Positions 1 through 9,934 are shown, numbered from the stretch's first letter. The stretch is DNA of 64,000 nucleotides from Candidatus Thermosaccharophagus tengchongensis (GCA_032161105.1 JAVHTD010000009.1); one strand, 5' to 3'. A program made the numbers and translations. The notes: generated by a model not told the origin, from the sequence alone.

Positions 1-2
1 CA

Positions 3-365
3 CGCCCAACACGCCCATTTGAAGCATACTCGGCAAAGTTCGTCAAGGTGAGCGGGGAGTTGAAAACGATTGAGGAAGAGTGTGTGGTCAATGTTGAGGC
101 GCTGCTGAGCGAACTCACATGCTGCAACGAACGAACGGTCATCTGTGGCGCATTGAGGGATGAATGGAAAATGTTGCTATCTGAGGTTGCCACATCCAAC
201 AGCCTTATCTGGGTGATTCATATCTTCCCAACTGCCTGGGGCATCGGGCAGCTGGCGTATCGCCGTTGGGAGAGGCAAGGATGCGGCGATGATGTATTTC
301 AACTCAAACCGCTTTATGTGCTGCCGTCACAGGCTGAAGAGAAGTTCGGCATAAGGGTGACATGA
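3..365 (+). CDS. tsaB: tRNA threonylcarbamoyladenosine biosynthesis protein TsaB, C-terminal part (5' truncated by window edge)
   Basis: Frame is open from position 3; C-terminal FPTAWGIGQLA...LKPLYVLPSQAEE matches the typical TsaB/YeaZ tail. Confidence 0.6.
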   Translation, partial: RPTRPFEAYSAKFVKVSGELKTIEEECVVNVEALLSELTCCNERTVICGALRDEWKMLLSEVATSNSLIWVIHIFPTAWGIGQLAYRRWERQGCGDDVFQLKPLYVLPSQAEEKFGIRVT

Positions 366-403
366 GTAGCATTGGTTGTGGATGAGCAAGACGAGCTCAA
401 GCA

Positions 404-499
404 TCACGGGCGAAGAAGGACGCGGGTGAAGCAATACACGACCAAGCTTATCACCAAGCCCCATCCGATGAGCATGAACAGCCATCCTTGCCAACTCAC
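404..499 (-). CDS. 31-aa single-TM protein, putative MetS-like small subunit of the NSS transporter
   Basis: GTG start overlaps the transporter stop (GTGA, 496-499); MSWQGWLFMLIGWGLVISLVVYCFTRVLLRP is one hydrophobic helix. Confidence 0.6.
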   Translation of the reverse strand: MSWQGWLFMLIGWGLVISLVVYCFTRVLLRP

Positions 500-2319
500 C
501 TTTTGACGCCCTCCCTGATTCGCCACGCGATTCCGACGGCAACGCACATTGAGATAAATACGGTTAAGAGGAACGCCCTCGTTATCCAAATAGTCGCTCC
601 CGGACGCTGCCCTTCAACGCTTCTTGCGATGACGGTGTAATACGAATCGCTGTCGGCGATGAAGCTGAATACATTGCTCCCTTTGAAGTAGCCTGCGAAG
701 ACTTCATCGCCAGCCTTGAACTCGCTTAAGCTCGCCCTCTCGCAATTGCGCAGCAGCGTAGTTCCGTCGGCTTGCCTGACTGTGCCGACTATCTCACCCC
801 TTTCAGTCCTGATTGCCACACGAGCTTCTTCACCGATGAGCTCAATTCGCTCTATGGAGCCGTAGTAGGTTTTGGGTGGCAACAGGTTCCGCCAAATCCA
901 GCCAAAGAAGATGAGGATCAAAAACAGTGGTGTCACATATTTGCTTGTGTAGTAGAAGAAGCGAGGCGCGCGAAGCTCGGCACCACGGTGCATCTCCTCC
1001 CACATCCTATCGGCTCCGAATATCCACATCATGATGATGACTTCAATCAGGGCGAGCAGCGGTGGACCGAATGTGCCAGCCCAAAAATCCATCACATCAA
1101 CGCCGCCGCGAAGGAAGATGCAAATTTGGGTTGTGACGAAGTAGAAACAACCGAGCACGAGAGCTGCGTGAACTCTCCTGATGCCGAAGTGCTCTTGAAG
1201 GAATGCCATTATGGGTTGCGACATGGCAACGGAAGATGTAAGGCCGGCGAAGAAGAGAAGTAAGAACCAAAGTGCGCCAAATAAGTTGCCAAGAGGCAAG
1301 TAGCTGAATATCGCCGGCATTGAAATAAAAGCGAGGTAGAAGACGCCCTTTCCGGCAGCCTCAAGTGCCCCAACCAAGCCAAAGAAAGTGACCGCTGCCG
1401 GAATGGCAATTGAGCCGCCAAGCACGACTTCAGCAAACTCATTTGTAGCCGTCGTTGTCAAGCCAGTCAGCATGACATCGTCATTCTCGTCCATATAGCT
1501 CGCATAGGTTTGTATGGCACCCATACCTAAGCTCAGCGTGAAGAACATCTGCCCAGCTGCTGCCAGCCATATCGTTGGATCAAGCAAAGTGATGACAGTA
1601 TGTCCGGAGCGCTCCATCACCCATTTTGGCTCCCAGAGGAATGACAAGCCTTTAAGTGGTGTCCATTCCGGGTGGACTTGTGCACCGAGCGTGAAAACCC
1701 TTATTACAAGCACTATCGCAAATAGGAATAGCAGTGGCATTGCCACCTTAGCGAGCACTTCAATGCCGCGGGAAACGCCTCGGGCAAGTATCCACATGTT
1801 GAGCATGAGCGTGATGAGGAAGAACGCATACGCTGTTGGGCTGACGGAGATAAACCATTCACCGCCCTTACCGATGTAGGAGGCAAAGTATTCCTCAAAC
1901 TGCGCCAAAACCTCCCTCGGCGACATGCCGGGTTCAACAGTCGGCATCTTCCCAATGAGCGCAAGGAAGCTATAGCCAAGCGTCCAGCTCTCAATGTAGG
2001 TGTAGTAAATCATGATCACCGTCGGGATGAATATGCCGAGCACCCCGAGATATTTACTTATGCGCGCACGCCACATCTCGTGGAACATCCCTGGCGTTGT
2101 CCCATAGCCTCGTGAACCGCCGAAACGCCCCTGGGCGAATTCCATCCACATTAGCGGTATGCCCATCATGACGAGGGAGATGAAATAAGGTATCATGAAT
2201 GCGCCGCCGCCATTGCGAGCTGCCTGTCCGGGGAAGCGCAGGAAGTTTCCAAGCCCTATGGCATTGCCAGCCATCGCCAAAATGAGCCCTATCCTCGTCG
2301 CCCATCGTTCACGCCGCAT
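496..2319 (-). CDS. Sodium-dependent amino-acid transporter, NSS/SNF family (LeuT-like)
   Basis: RERWATRIGLILAMAGNAIGLGNFLRFP, GGGAFMIPY, QMFFTLSLGMG and NEFAEVVLGGSI are LeuT-family signatures. Confidence 0.95.
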   Translation of the reverse strand: MRRERWATRIGLILAMAGNAIGLGNFLRFPGQAARNGGGAFMIPYFISLVMMGIPLMWMEFAQGRFGGSRGYGTTPGMFHEMWRARISKYLGVLGIFIPTVIMIYYTYIESWTLGYSFLALIGKMPTVEPGMSPREVLAQFEEYFASYIGKGGEWFISVSPTAYAFFLITLMLNMWILARGVSRGIEVLAKVAMPLLFLFAIVLVIRVFTLGAQVHPEWTPLKGLSFLWEPKWVMERSGHTVITLLDPTIWLAAAGQMFFTLSLGMGAIQTYASYMDENDDVMLTGLTTTATNEFAEVVLGGSIAIPAAVTFFGLVGALEAAGKGVFYLAFISMPAIFSYLPLGNLFGALWFLLLFFAGLTSSVAMSQPIMAFLQEHFGIRRVHAALVLGCFYFVTTQICIFLRGGVDVMDFWAGTFGPPLLALIEVIIMMWIFGADRMWEEMHRGAELRAPRFFYYTSKYVTPLFLILIFFGWIWRNLLPPKTYYGSIERIELIGEEARVAIRTERGEIVGTVRQADGTTLLRNCERASLSEFKAGDEVFAGYFKGSNVFSFIADSDSYYTVIARSVEGQRPGATIWITRAFLLTVFISMCVAVGIAWRIREGVKR

Positions 2320-2342
2320 CCTGACGCCACCTCAAGCCAATT

Positions 2343-3107
2343 TCAGATGTCCAGTATCCCATCAACTTGCGTCAGGTTTATGAAAGCATCGCATGACCTT
2401 ATGAGCTCGGGCGATGTGAGTTTATCCGGACCAATGACCTTGACCATCTTGCCCATCCTTGCAAGCTGATCAATTAGCGGCGCAAAGTCACCATCACCGG
2501 TGACGATGACTATCTCATCAAGGTATGGTGCTTCGGACAATATTTCAATTGCCATCTCCATGTCCATGCTTGCCTTCACAGATCCATCGGGGAGGCGCTT
2601 TATAGGCTTTGCTACGACTCTGTATCCCATAAGCGCGAGCGCATGGATAAACTCAAGCTGCGGGCGATTGTCCGGGTCGTAACATGTGAATGCGGTCATC
2701 TTGACGATGGCTCCATTGCGGGATAAAAAATCCTTGAGCGCACGGTAGTTTATCTTCGCCTGATTGAAAACGCTCTTCACGCACAAGTAAAGGTTTTGCA
2801 CATCTATAAACACACCCACCCTCCAAGGTTGCCCATATGGGCGCGGGACAAACTCCTCCTTTGTAATGCTCCATGAGTGCTCACGCTGCTGCGGGAATAA
2901 GTCACCTTGCTCATCATTGTTAAAGCCCCTGCCAAAATGACTTAAAGACGCATCCTGCACATTTTCTCCCATTGCTTTCACCCCCCTCATGGGCTGCGCT
3001 GGCTGCCTTGTTTTAGCTTCAAACCCATCGTGTGTCTTTTTAACTCCTACAAGACGACGCCAGATGCTCCAAAGCCAACCTGCACGGTGCATATGCTTGC
3101 TTTTCAT
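2343..3107 (-). CDS. NYN domain protein (LabA/DUF88, PIN-like fold); true start may be downstream
   Basis: VFIDVQNL, KASMDMEMAIE, IVTGDGDFAPL, SPELIRSCDAFINL. Confidence 0.85.
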   Translation of the reverse strand: MKSKHMHRAGWLWSIWRRLVGVKKTHDGFEAKTRQPAQPMRGVKAMGENVQDASLSHFGRGFNNDEQGDLFPQQREHSWSITKEEFVPRPYGQPWRVGVFIDVQNLYLCVKSVFNQAKINYRALKDFLSRNGAIVKMTAFTCYDPDNRPQLEFIHALALMGYRVVAKPIKRLPDGSVKASMDMEMAIEILSEAPYLDEIVIVTGDGDFAPLIDQLARMGKMVKVIGPDKLTSPELIRSCDAFINLTQVDGILDI

Positions 3108-3239
3108 GAGTAATCACCAACCACGGCAATCACTGCAGCGTTTGATGAGGGGACAAAAACCACACTCATTTTAGCGCGCCTTGAAATTCACATAAGTTGA
3201 GTGCACTGTCAGCTGGTCGCGATCTTTTGAGGCAATCGC

Positions 3240-3884
3240 TCAGGTTAGTTCGTTATGCTCATCAAATCTAAACTTTGAAACTGCTGCCTCTTTCCTCCGG
3301 TGGTAGAGCCACAGCAATGCGAAAAAGCCAGAGAGAGCTAAGACGAGAAGCAAGCTTACGATGTCCAGTTGCTTGACGAACGCCTGCCCGATGAAGCGCA
3401 CGGAATATGCCACAAGGAAGAAGCGTGCGCCACGCCCGATGAACGACATGAAGAGCAGCGCAAAAATGCTCAGCCTGAAGACACCGCTTGCAATCGTGAA
3501 TACCTTGTAGGGGATTGGCGTGAAGGCAGCTATGAGGACTGCCCATGCACCATAGTTGTTGTAGAGGTTTTCGGCGGCTTCCACCTTGCTCCGTTTAAAG
3601 AGCTTGAGCAACAATGGGCGTCCGCCAATCAACCCAATTGCATATCCCAGTAGCGCACCGAGCACGCTGCCAATTGTGCAAACAGTGCTGGCAGCTAAAG
3701 CAACCATCGGTGCTCTCGTCGTGATGGCGATTAAAAGCACATCCGGTGGCACCGGGAAGAAGGACGACTCAATGAATGCCACGACGAATAGCCCGATCAT
3801 GCCATAGCGGTCAAGCAGTTGCAATGCCCACTGTTGCAATGCCACCAACTCATCCTCATCTCCCTTCACTCTCGTTGGCGCCAT
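3240..3884 (-). CDS. DedA/YqaA family membrane protein (start uncertain)
   Basis: AFIESSFFPVPPDVLL, GSVLGALLGY, AFTPIPYKVFTIASG, GRGARFF. Confidence 0.9.
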   Translation of the reverse strand: MAPTRVKGDEDELVALQQWALQLLDRYGMIGLFVVAFIESSFFPVPPDVLLIAITTRAPMVALAASTVCTIGSVLGALLGYAIGLIGGRPLLLKLFKRSKVEAAENLYNNYGAWAVLIAAFTPIPYKVFTIASGVFRLSIFALLFMSFIGRGARFFLVAYSVRFIGQAFVKQLDIVSLLLVLALSGFFALLWLYHRRKEAAVSKFRFDEHNELT

Positions 3885-4566
3885 AACGCTGCTGCGTTTC
3901 CCATGCGACCAAACTGTGCAGCGCATTGTAATGATCCAATATGTCGCTCAAGTATGAGGTGATGTTCGCCACATTCGGTATGCCGAGGCGCAATTGGATC
4001 AGCTTTGGACCAAGCCTATATGAAGCGAGTGCCATTTCAATGAGATCATCCCTATCATGCCAGAGCTGCATCAGCATGCCAATGTAGCGTGCAGCCCCAT
4101 CCAAGTTTTGAGCGATATCGTATGGGTCTATCACGCCGAGCATGGTTGCAGTTTGTGGCATCAGCTGGGCAAGCCCGATGGCGCCGCTCGGCGAGCGAGC
4201 CTCCGGGCGGAAAGATGACTCTCTCGCCACAACGGCTGCAAGCAAGAGTGGGTCAATGCAATTTCGCCTCGCCGCATCAAGCAATGCAAGTGCAATCACT
4301 TCTGCAAGCTCCCTTTTAAGCCGTCCGTTCAACTTCATCGCATACTCAGCTATGGCGTTTGCGATGACCATCTCATCAGCTTCGCTTCGCTGTTTAAGCG
4401 CCTCAGTCAGCCGCGTGCACTTCGGCAAAAGCGGCGCATGTAAAGCCACCAAGGCGCGTTCGTTTGCGCTTAGCGCATTTGCATATGGACGGATTGCATC
4501 GCAGTCACTTCGCACAAGCAACTGCATCATCAGAGCTGTTAGGATGAGCGCTCCACCGAGTCCCAT
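3856..4566 (-). CDS. Lytic transglycosylase (SLT domain) with N-terminal hydrophobic segment; start uncertain
   Basis: AVVARESSF (catalytic Glu), ARSPSGAIGLAQLMPQTA, DPYDIAQNLDGAARY, ALASY. Confidence 0.85.
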   Translation of the reverse strand: MGLGGALILTALMMQLLVRSDCDAIRPYANALSANERALVALHAPLLPKCTRLTEALKQRSEADEMVIANAIAEYAMKLNGRLKRELAEVIALALLDAARRNCIDPLLLAAVVARESSFRPEARSPSGAIGLAQLMPQTATMLGVIDPYDIAQNLDGAARYIGMLMQLWHDRDDLIEMALASYRLGPKLIQLRLGIPNVANITSYLSDILDHYNALHSLVAWETQQRYGANESEGR

Positions 4567-4612
4567 TCTCGTCACCGCAGTGGCACAGGCAAAGTAAAAG
4601 CATGAGCGATAG

Positions 4613-5500
4613 TCAAAGTGAGAAGCCCTCCCCGAGGATGAGGTCAATGAGGCGTTGTAAGTCGCCATCGGAGAAGTATCGGATCTCAACCGTGCCGCCG
4701 CGCCTGCCCGGCTTTATGCGGACGCGCATTTGCAACCTTTCCTGAAGCGCATCCTGCAAAGAGAGCAAGTTCGGATCAACCTTTGGCTTCTCCTTTGGCG
4801 GCTTCTCATGTTGCTCCTTGAGGCGGCGCACAAGCGCTTCAGTTTGCCTCACTGAAAGGTTGTGCCTTTGAATGAGCGAAAATGCGTGAAGGATGAGATG
4901 CTCTTCATCAAGCGCAAGGAGTGCTCTGCCATGTCCCTCGGATATTTCTCCCCTTCGTATAGCCTCCTTCACCGGCTCTGGAAGCTGTAAGAGGCGCATG
5001 GAGTTGGCTATGGCTGCCCTACTCTTACCGACGCGCGCTGCTATCTCCTCTTGCGTCATCCCGAAGCGCCGAGAGAGCTGAAAGTATGCTTCTGCCTCCT
5101 CAATTGGGTTGATGTCCTCTCGCTGCAAGTTTTCAACGAGCGCAAACTCTATCATCTCCTGATCGTCACATTGCCTAATGACAGCCGGCAGCTTCCTAAG
5201 CCCGGCAATCATTGCGGCACGCCATCGCCTCTCACCAGTTACAAGCTGATAGCCATCCTCAGTTTGCCTGACAACAACCGGTTGAAGCAACCCGTGCACC
5301 CTTATGGAGTCGGCGAGTTCCTGTAGCGCCTTTTGATCCATGTCGCGGCGCGGTTGAAATGGGTTTGGCTTTATGCGGTCAATATCTATCTCAACGATGC
5401 TGGCTGCCTCTGGCGTTACTGTTGCAAGCCAATTTTCATCCACTGCTGGTGGTATGAGGGCATCCAGTCCACGACCGAGACCGCGTTTTCGCATCTTCAA
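4613..5500 (-). CDS. parB: Chromosome partitioning protein ParB/Spo0J
   Basis: RGLGRGLDALI N-terminal peptide, PNPFQPR, GERRWRA, ENLQREDINPIEEA, HTH region. Confidence 0.95.
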   Translation of the reverse strand: MKMRKRGLGRGLDALIPPAVDENWLATVTPEAASIVEIDIDRIKPNPFQPRRDMDQKALQELADSIRVHGLLQPVVVRQTEDGYQLVTGERRWRAAMIAGLRKLPAVIRQCDDQEMIEFALVENLQREDINPIEEAEAYFQLSRRFGMTQEEIAARVGKSRAAIANSMRLLQLPEPVKEAIRRGEISEGHGRALLALDEEHLILHAFSLIQRHNLSVRQTEALVRRLKEQHEKPPKEKPKVDPNLLSLQDALQERLQMRVRIKPGRRGGTVEIRYFSDGDLQRLIDLILGEGFSL

Positions 5501-5753
5501 TCCACCACCTAATTGCTGCGTGTCTGCAATTGCAAGTGGTCCTCAACCCGGTCTGACAAAGGGCTGCATCAATTCAATTCAACTTTAGCTGCGCGATGCT
5601 GCATCCTCGTTTGCAAAGATAACAGCTTTTGGCAAAGCCGTCAATCACCGCACTGCATGGCGCATGTGCTGTAGAGGGCATCCTTGCAAACTGCTTTACT
5701 CGTAAGCTGTGCCATCCAAGCTGCGACAATGCTCAATAGCTATGGGCAGCTTT

Positions 5754-5782
5754 TTGGACCGACATTTTGAATGCGCTATAAT
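5754..5782 (+). promoter_or_regulatory. Putative sigma70 promoter of the riboswitch-led operon
   Basis: TTGGAC (5754-5759), 17-nt spacer, TATAAT (5777-5782), about 70 nt upstream of the riboswitch. Confidence 0.6.
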
Positions 5783-5851
5783 GAAGTGACGATGTTTCTG
5801 CATTGCGCCAGTAGGAGGAACTTCAACTGCTCACAATCAATGCGGTGCGAA

Positions 5852-6032
5852 GCGGGTGGATGAGCGGGAAGACGGTGCAAATCCGTCGCTGCCCCGCAGC
5901 TGTGACCGGGGACGAAACCCGTATGGCGGTGCATTTAACTTGGCACCGTCAAAAGCCACTGGTGGGGCTGATCCCCACTGGGAAGGCACGGGGAGTAGGA
6001 TGATCCGGGAGCCAGAAGACCGGTCCACCCGC
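5852..6032 (+). ncRNA. Cobalamin (B12) riboswitch aptamer
   Basis: GGGAA-GACGGTGCAAATCCGTC-GCTGCCCCGCAGCTGT core, GCCACTG...GGGAAGGC, B12 box GAGCCAGAAGACC; P1 GCGGGTGGA/TCCACCCGC; upstream of btuF/cobUTS. Confidence 0.93.
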
Positions 6033-6347
6033 GGGAATGCTCGTGCCGCCTCGCGGGAGGGCGATGAGCATGCTCAAAGAGCGGTTTGGCAGACCCCCGG
6101 CAAGCTGCTAAGGGAGCTTCCAAGGATGGGGATGGCTGCCGGGGGTAATTGCTTTATGCACCGCAGCAGCGCCGCATGAATACCCCCGCTGTGTAGGAAG
6201 TGCAGCTACTCCCCATCTGATGCCTTGGCTTTCTCCGGCAGCAAAGCTTTCGCCATCCATACTCTCAGCCTTGCCGGTGCACTAACACAGTCAAACGCGC
6301 TCACCGGTTGTTTGGCATAACCAAAACCAAAAGCACGGAGGTGCGTC

Positions 6348-7157
6348 GTGATGAGGCGCTATAGGTGCAGCTCAAATTTGGGCTTTGGCGCAGCAAGATG
6401 CACAGGACAACAGACGCCGGGAGCATTCACGCTAATTGAGCTGCTGGTGGTGATTGCCATAATCGCCATCTTGGCAGCGATATTGTTCCCGGTGTTTGCA
6501 CGGGCGAGGGAGAAGGCAAGGCAAGCTTCATGTCAGTCCAACCTGAAGCAGATCGGTCTGGCTTTCCTAATGTATGTCCAAGACTACGATGAAATGGCGA
6601 TGCCAGTGCAAGTCAGTGGCGCCGGAAAAACATACTACTGGTGGGGCAGTTGGGATGGGAGCACATTAAATGAACAAGAGGGGCTTCTTTACCCCTACAT
6701 GAGGAACACGCAAATTAGGGCATGTCCATCATTCCCTGAGACATTGCGCACAGCGTTGGGGCTCACAGGATATGGGTATAACTACGCCTACCTATCTCCA
6801 TACCTTCCACCCGACTGGGATGTGCATCCGGTCTCCATAGCCAAGATTCAAAACCCGGCTGAGACGGTTCTTATGGCGGACGCAGCCCGGATAAATACAT
6901 GGAGCTACCCTCAACCAACTTTGGAAGGCAATGCCTACCTTGACCCGCCTTCTTACAGTTACCCTGGCTTTCACGCTCGCCACAATGAGACGGGAAATGT
7001 CCTATGGATGGATGGGCATGTGAAAGCGAGGAAACCGGTATACCGAACCGGGACTTTCGGATGGGGATATAACGCCGATGACTTTCGCAAGAACAATCTC
7101 GGCGACATTGATGAGGATGGCGACCTGACCACAGATGAGCTGTTTGACCTGAACTGA
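6348..7157 (+). CDS. Prepilin-type N-terminal cleavage/methylation protein with DUF1559 and H-X9-DG motif
   Basis: [67 protein letters not shown] before start. Confidence 0.92.
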   Translation: MMRRYRCSSNLGFGAARCTGQQTPGAFTLIELLVVIAIIAILAAILFPVFARAREKARQASCQSNLKQIGLAFLMYVQDYDEMAMPVQVSGAGKTYYWWGSWDGSTLNEQEGLLYPYMRNTQIRACPSFPETLRTALGLTGYGYNYAYLSPYLPPDWDVHPVSIAKIQNPAETVLMADAARINTWSYPQPTLEGNAYLDPPSYSYPGFHARHNETGNVLWMDGHVKARKPVYRTGTFGWGYNADDFRKNNLGDIDEDGDLTTDELFDLN

Positions 7158-7302
7158 AGCGCAATGCTCACGCCCTGTGCAAGGTGGCTGAGGAATGATT
7201 GAGTGAGACTCCCCTGCGCCTTTGATGCTGGGGCGCAAACAGCCCGTGCAGTTCTAACTGACGGAATGCTGCTGCCAGCACAGACGGTTGAAATGAAAAG
7301 GG

Positions 7303-8241
7303 GTGGGCAATGTGAACGATAGATGTCACTGTGCTGGTGGGCTGATAGCGGTGCTTCTGATGGCGCAAATCTGCGCCCTCTGCACCGCTGAGACAGCTCG
7401 TCACGGGTGCGCAGTCAAAGATGATTTGGGAAGGCTCATCAAACTTGATGTGCTGCCGAAACGCATCATATCGCTCTCGCCGAGCACAACCGAGATACTC
7501 TTTGCCATAGGCGCCGGCAGGCTCGTCGTTGCCGTTGATGATTGGTCCGACTATCCACCTGAAGCACGCCGCTTGCCGAAGGTGGGTCCTTTTATGCGCC
7601 CAAGCATTGAGGCTGTAGTTAAGCATCACCCGGATTTGATCGTGCTCGCATCAGTTGTGCTTCCGATGAGTGAGGTTGAAACGCTTGAGGGGAGGGTGCG
7701 TGCGCCAATATTCGTCATGTCCCCAAGGAGGGTCATTGACATAGTGAGCAGCATTGAGAGAATCGGGATGCTCGTCGGTAAGCAAAAGGAGGCCAAGCTG
7801 GTTGCCGATAGGATGCGCTCCGACATAAAACGCATCACGGCGATGCAACAAAAGCGCTTCAGGAAGCCGAGTGTGTTCATAGAGGTCTCGCCGCCACCAA
7901 GTCTGATGGGCGTCGGCGCCAACAATTTCATTGATGATGCCATTGAGCTCGCTGGCGGATACAACATCATGAGGCGGCTCAAATCAAGGAGTGAATTCCC
8001 AACGGTCAGCCTTGAGGTGCTGATGGCGCTTAACCCAGATGTTTACATTTTGGCGAGGCACGGTCGTTTGAATTCGGCTCGTGCCCTTTGCGAGGTCAGG
8101 GGGAGAAGCGGCTTTGAGCAACTCAAAGCGGTGCGCATGGGTAGAGTATACGCGCTCAACGCTGATTTGATTTTCAGACCCGGACCGAGGATCACATCGG
8201 GGATAGCTGAACTGCACCGCTTCCTTTATGGACGCAAGTGA
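7303..8241 (+). CDS. btuF: Cobalamin/corrinoid ABC substrate-binding protein (helical backbone family)
   Basis: DDLGR...PKRIISLSPSTTEILFAIGAG, SDYPPEA, AGGYNI, RPGPRI; riboswitch and cob context. Confidence 0.85.
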   Translation: MGNVNDRCHCAGGLIAVLLMAQICALCTAETARHGCAVKDDLGRLIKLDVLPKRIISLSPSTTEILFAIGAGRLVVAVDDWSDYPPEARRLPKVGPFMRPSIEAVVKHHPDLIVLASVVLPMSEVETLEGRVRAPIFVMSPRRVIDIVSSIERIGMLVGKQKEAKLVADRMRSDIKRITAMQQKRFRKPSVFIEVSPPPSLMGVGANNFIDDAIELAGGYNIMRRLKSRSEFPTVSLEVLMALNPDVYILARHGRLNSARALCEVRGRSGFEQLKAVRMGRVYALNADLIFRPGPRITSGIAELHRFLYGRK

Positions 8242-8282
8242 TGTTTGGTGCGGGCATGATGTTTGTGCCACAGTGTGGGGGT

Positions 8283-8843
8283 ATGAGCATTGTGGGATTA
8301 ATCACACTACTACTTGGTGGGGCGCGCAGCGGGAAGAGCAAATTCGCTGTTGAGCTTGCAAGGGGCAATGGAAAAGTGGCTTTCATAGCCACAGCAACAT
8401 GCACCGATGGCGAAATGGAAAAGCGAATTGAAGCGCACAGGCGTTCTCGCCCGAGGGAGTGGCTGACCGTTGAAGAGGCGCTCAATGTATCCGAATGGAT
8501 TGATGAGCATGGCGATGAATTTGATGTGGTGATAATTGACTGCATCACGCTATGGCTCAGCAATTGCCTTGCATTTGGCATGAGCGATGAAGCGATATTG
8601 GACGCCGTTGAGAAGCTGCTCAATGCGTGCAAGGGGCGCAAGTGCAACGCCATCATAGTGAGCAATGAAGTTGGTATGGGAGTTGTCCCAATGACGCACA
8701 TTGGCAGGCGATTTAGGGACTTGCTCGGTGAAGCAAATCAAAAGCTCGCCTCATGTGCTGATTGTGTATACTGGCTTTGCGCCGGCATACCGGTGCGTTT
8801 AAAGGGGCAAGATTTGCGCAACTGCCCTCAGGTGAATGAATGA
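8283..8843 (+). CDS. cobU: Adenosylcobinamide kinase / cobinamide-phosphate guanylyltransferase
   Basis: GGARSGKSKFA, RIEAHR..RP, DCITLWLSN, VSNEVGMGVVP, RFRDLLG. Confidence 0.95.
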   Translation: MSIVGLITLLLGGARSGKSKFAVELARGNGKVAFIATATCTDGEMEKRIEAHRRSRPREWLTVEEALNVSEWIDEHGDEFDVVIIDCITLWLSNCLAFGMSDEAILDAVEKLLNACKGRKCNAIIVSNEVGMGVVPMTHIGRRFRDLLGEANQKLASCADCVYWLCAGIPVRLKGQDLRNCPQVNE

Positions 8844-8866
8844 AGCGGTGGGCGTGGTGATGCGAT

Positions 8867-9931
8867 GTGGACAACAAAAGCCTTCAAGCACTCTTGAACG
8901 CTATAAAGCCGTTGGATAGGCTATCAATGGTTAAAGCGAGTGAGCGCATGGACAGGCTAACCAAGCCGCTCGGGAGCCTCGGCAAGCTGGAAGACATTGC
9001 CGTGCGTGTTGCCGGAATTACCGGGACACCATTGCCGAGCGTGGAAGGCAAGGCTGTAGTTGTGTTTGCAGCTGATCATGGTGTCACCGCTCAGGGCGTG
9101 AGCCTTTACCCGAGGGAAGTTACGGCGCAAATGGTGATGAATTTCGTCCGTGGCGGCGCGGCGATAAGCGTGCTGAGCAGGCATTGCGGTGCAAGGCTTG
9201 TGGTGGTTGATGTTGGGGTTGCGGCAGAACTGCCACAGCATGATGGTTTGATCTTGAGGAAGGTTGCATGGGGCACAAGGGATCTTTCAACCGAACCAGC
9301 AATGACGCTTGAGCAGGCGATGGAGGCGATTGGCATCGGCGTTGAAGTGACCAAGATGCTTATCAACGATGGCGCACGCATGATCGCCCTCGGTGATATG
9401 GGGATAGGCAACACAACGCCGAGCGCAGCCATTGCTGCGGTGCTGCTCGGTAAGCCAGCAAGGGATGTGACGGGGAGGGGCACGGGGTTGGATGATGAGC
9501 GCTACGAGCATAAGGTCGCTGTTATTGAAGCAGCATTGAATTTGCACCGTCCAACCCCGGATGACCCAATTGGAGTGCTCACAAAAGTTGGCGGGCTTGA
9601 GATTGCGGCGTTAATTGGCGTTGTGATAGCTTGTGCGGCGGGGCGAATCCCGGTCGTGCTTGACGGGTTTATCACAACCGCTGCAGCGGCACTCGCATTC
9701 AAGATGCAACCGCTTGTGAGAGAATACATGTTTGCCGGGCATATCTCAATGGAGCCGGGGCACCGCCTGTTGCTTGACTGGCTTGGGCTTGAGCCAATAT
9801 TGAATCTCAACATGCGCCTCGGGGAGGGAACTGGTGCTGTCTTGGCGATGCACCTGATTGACGGTGCGTGTAAGCTGCTCTCACAGATGGCTACATTTGA
9901 TGAGGCGGGTGTTTCCGGTCCGGTGGCGTAA
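8867..9931 (+). CDS. cobT: Nicotinate-nucleotide-dimethylbenzimidazole phosphoribosyltransferase
   Basis: LTKPLGSLGKLE, FAADHGV, GDMGIGNTT, LDGFI, MRLGEGTGA. Confidence 0.96.
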   Translation: MDNKSLQALLNAIKPLDRLSMVKASERMDRLTKPLGSLGKLEDIAVRVAGITGTPLPSVEGKAVVVFAADHGVTAQGVSLYPREVTAQMVMNFVRGGAAISVLSRHCGARLVVVDVGVAAELPQHDGLILRKVAWGTRDLSTEPAMTLEQAMEAIGIGVEVTKMLINDGARMIALGDMGIGNTTPSAAIAAVLLGKPARDVTGRGTGLDDERYEHKVAVIEAALNLHRPTPDDPIGVLTKVGGLEIAALIGVVIACAAGRIPVVLDGFITTAAAALAFKMQPLVREYMFAGHISMEPGHRLLLDWLGLEPILNLNMRLGEGTGAVLAMHLIDGACKLLSQMATFDEAGVSGPVA

Positions 9932-9934
9932 GGC

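Noticed and set aside
5837..6179. ORFs of 62-107 aa over the riboswitch and leader
   Set aside because: They overlap a clear structured RNA and have no protein-like motifs
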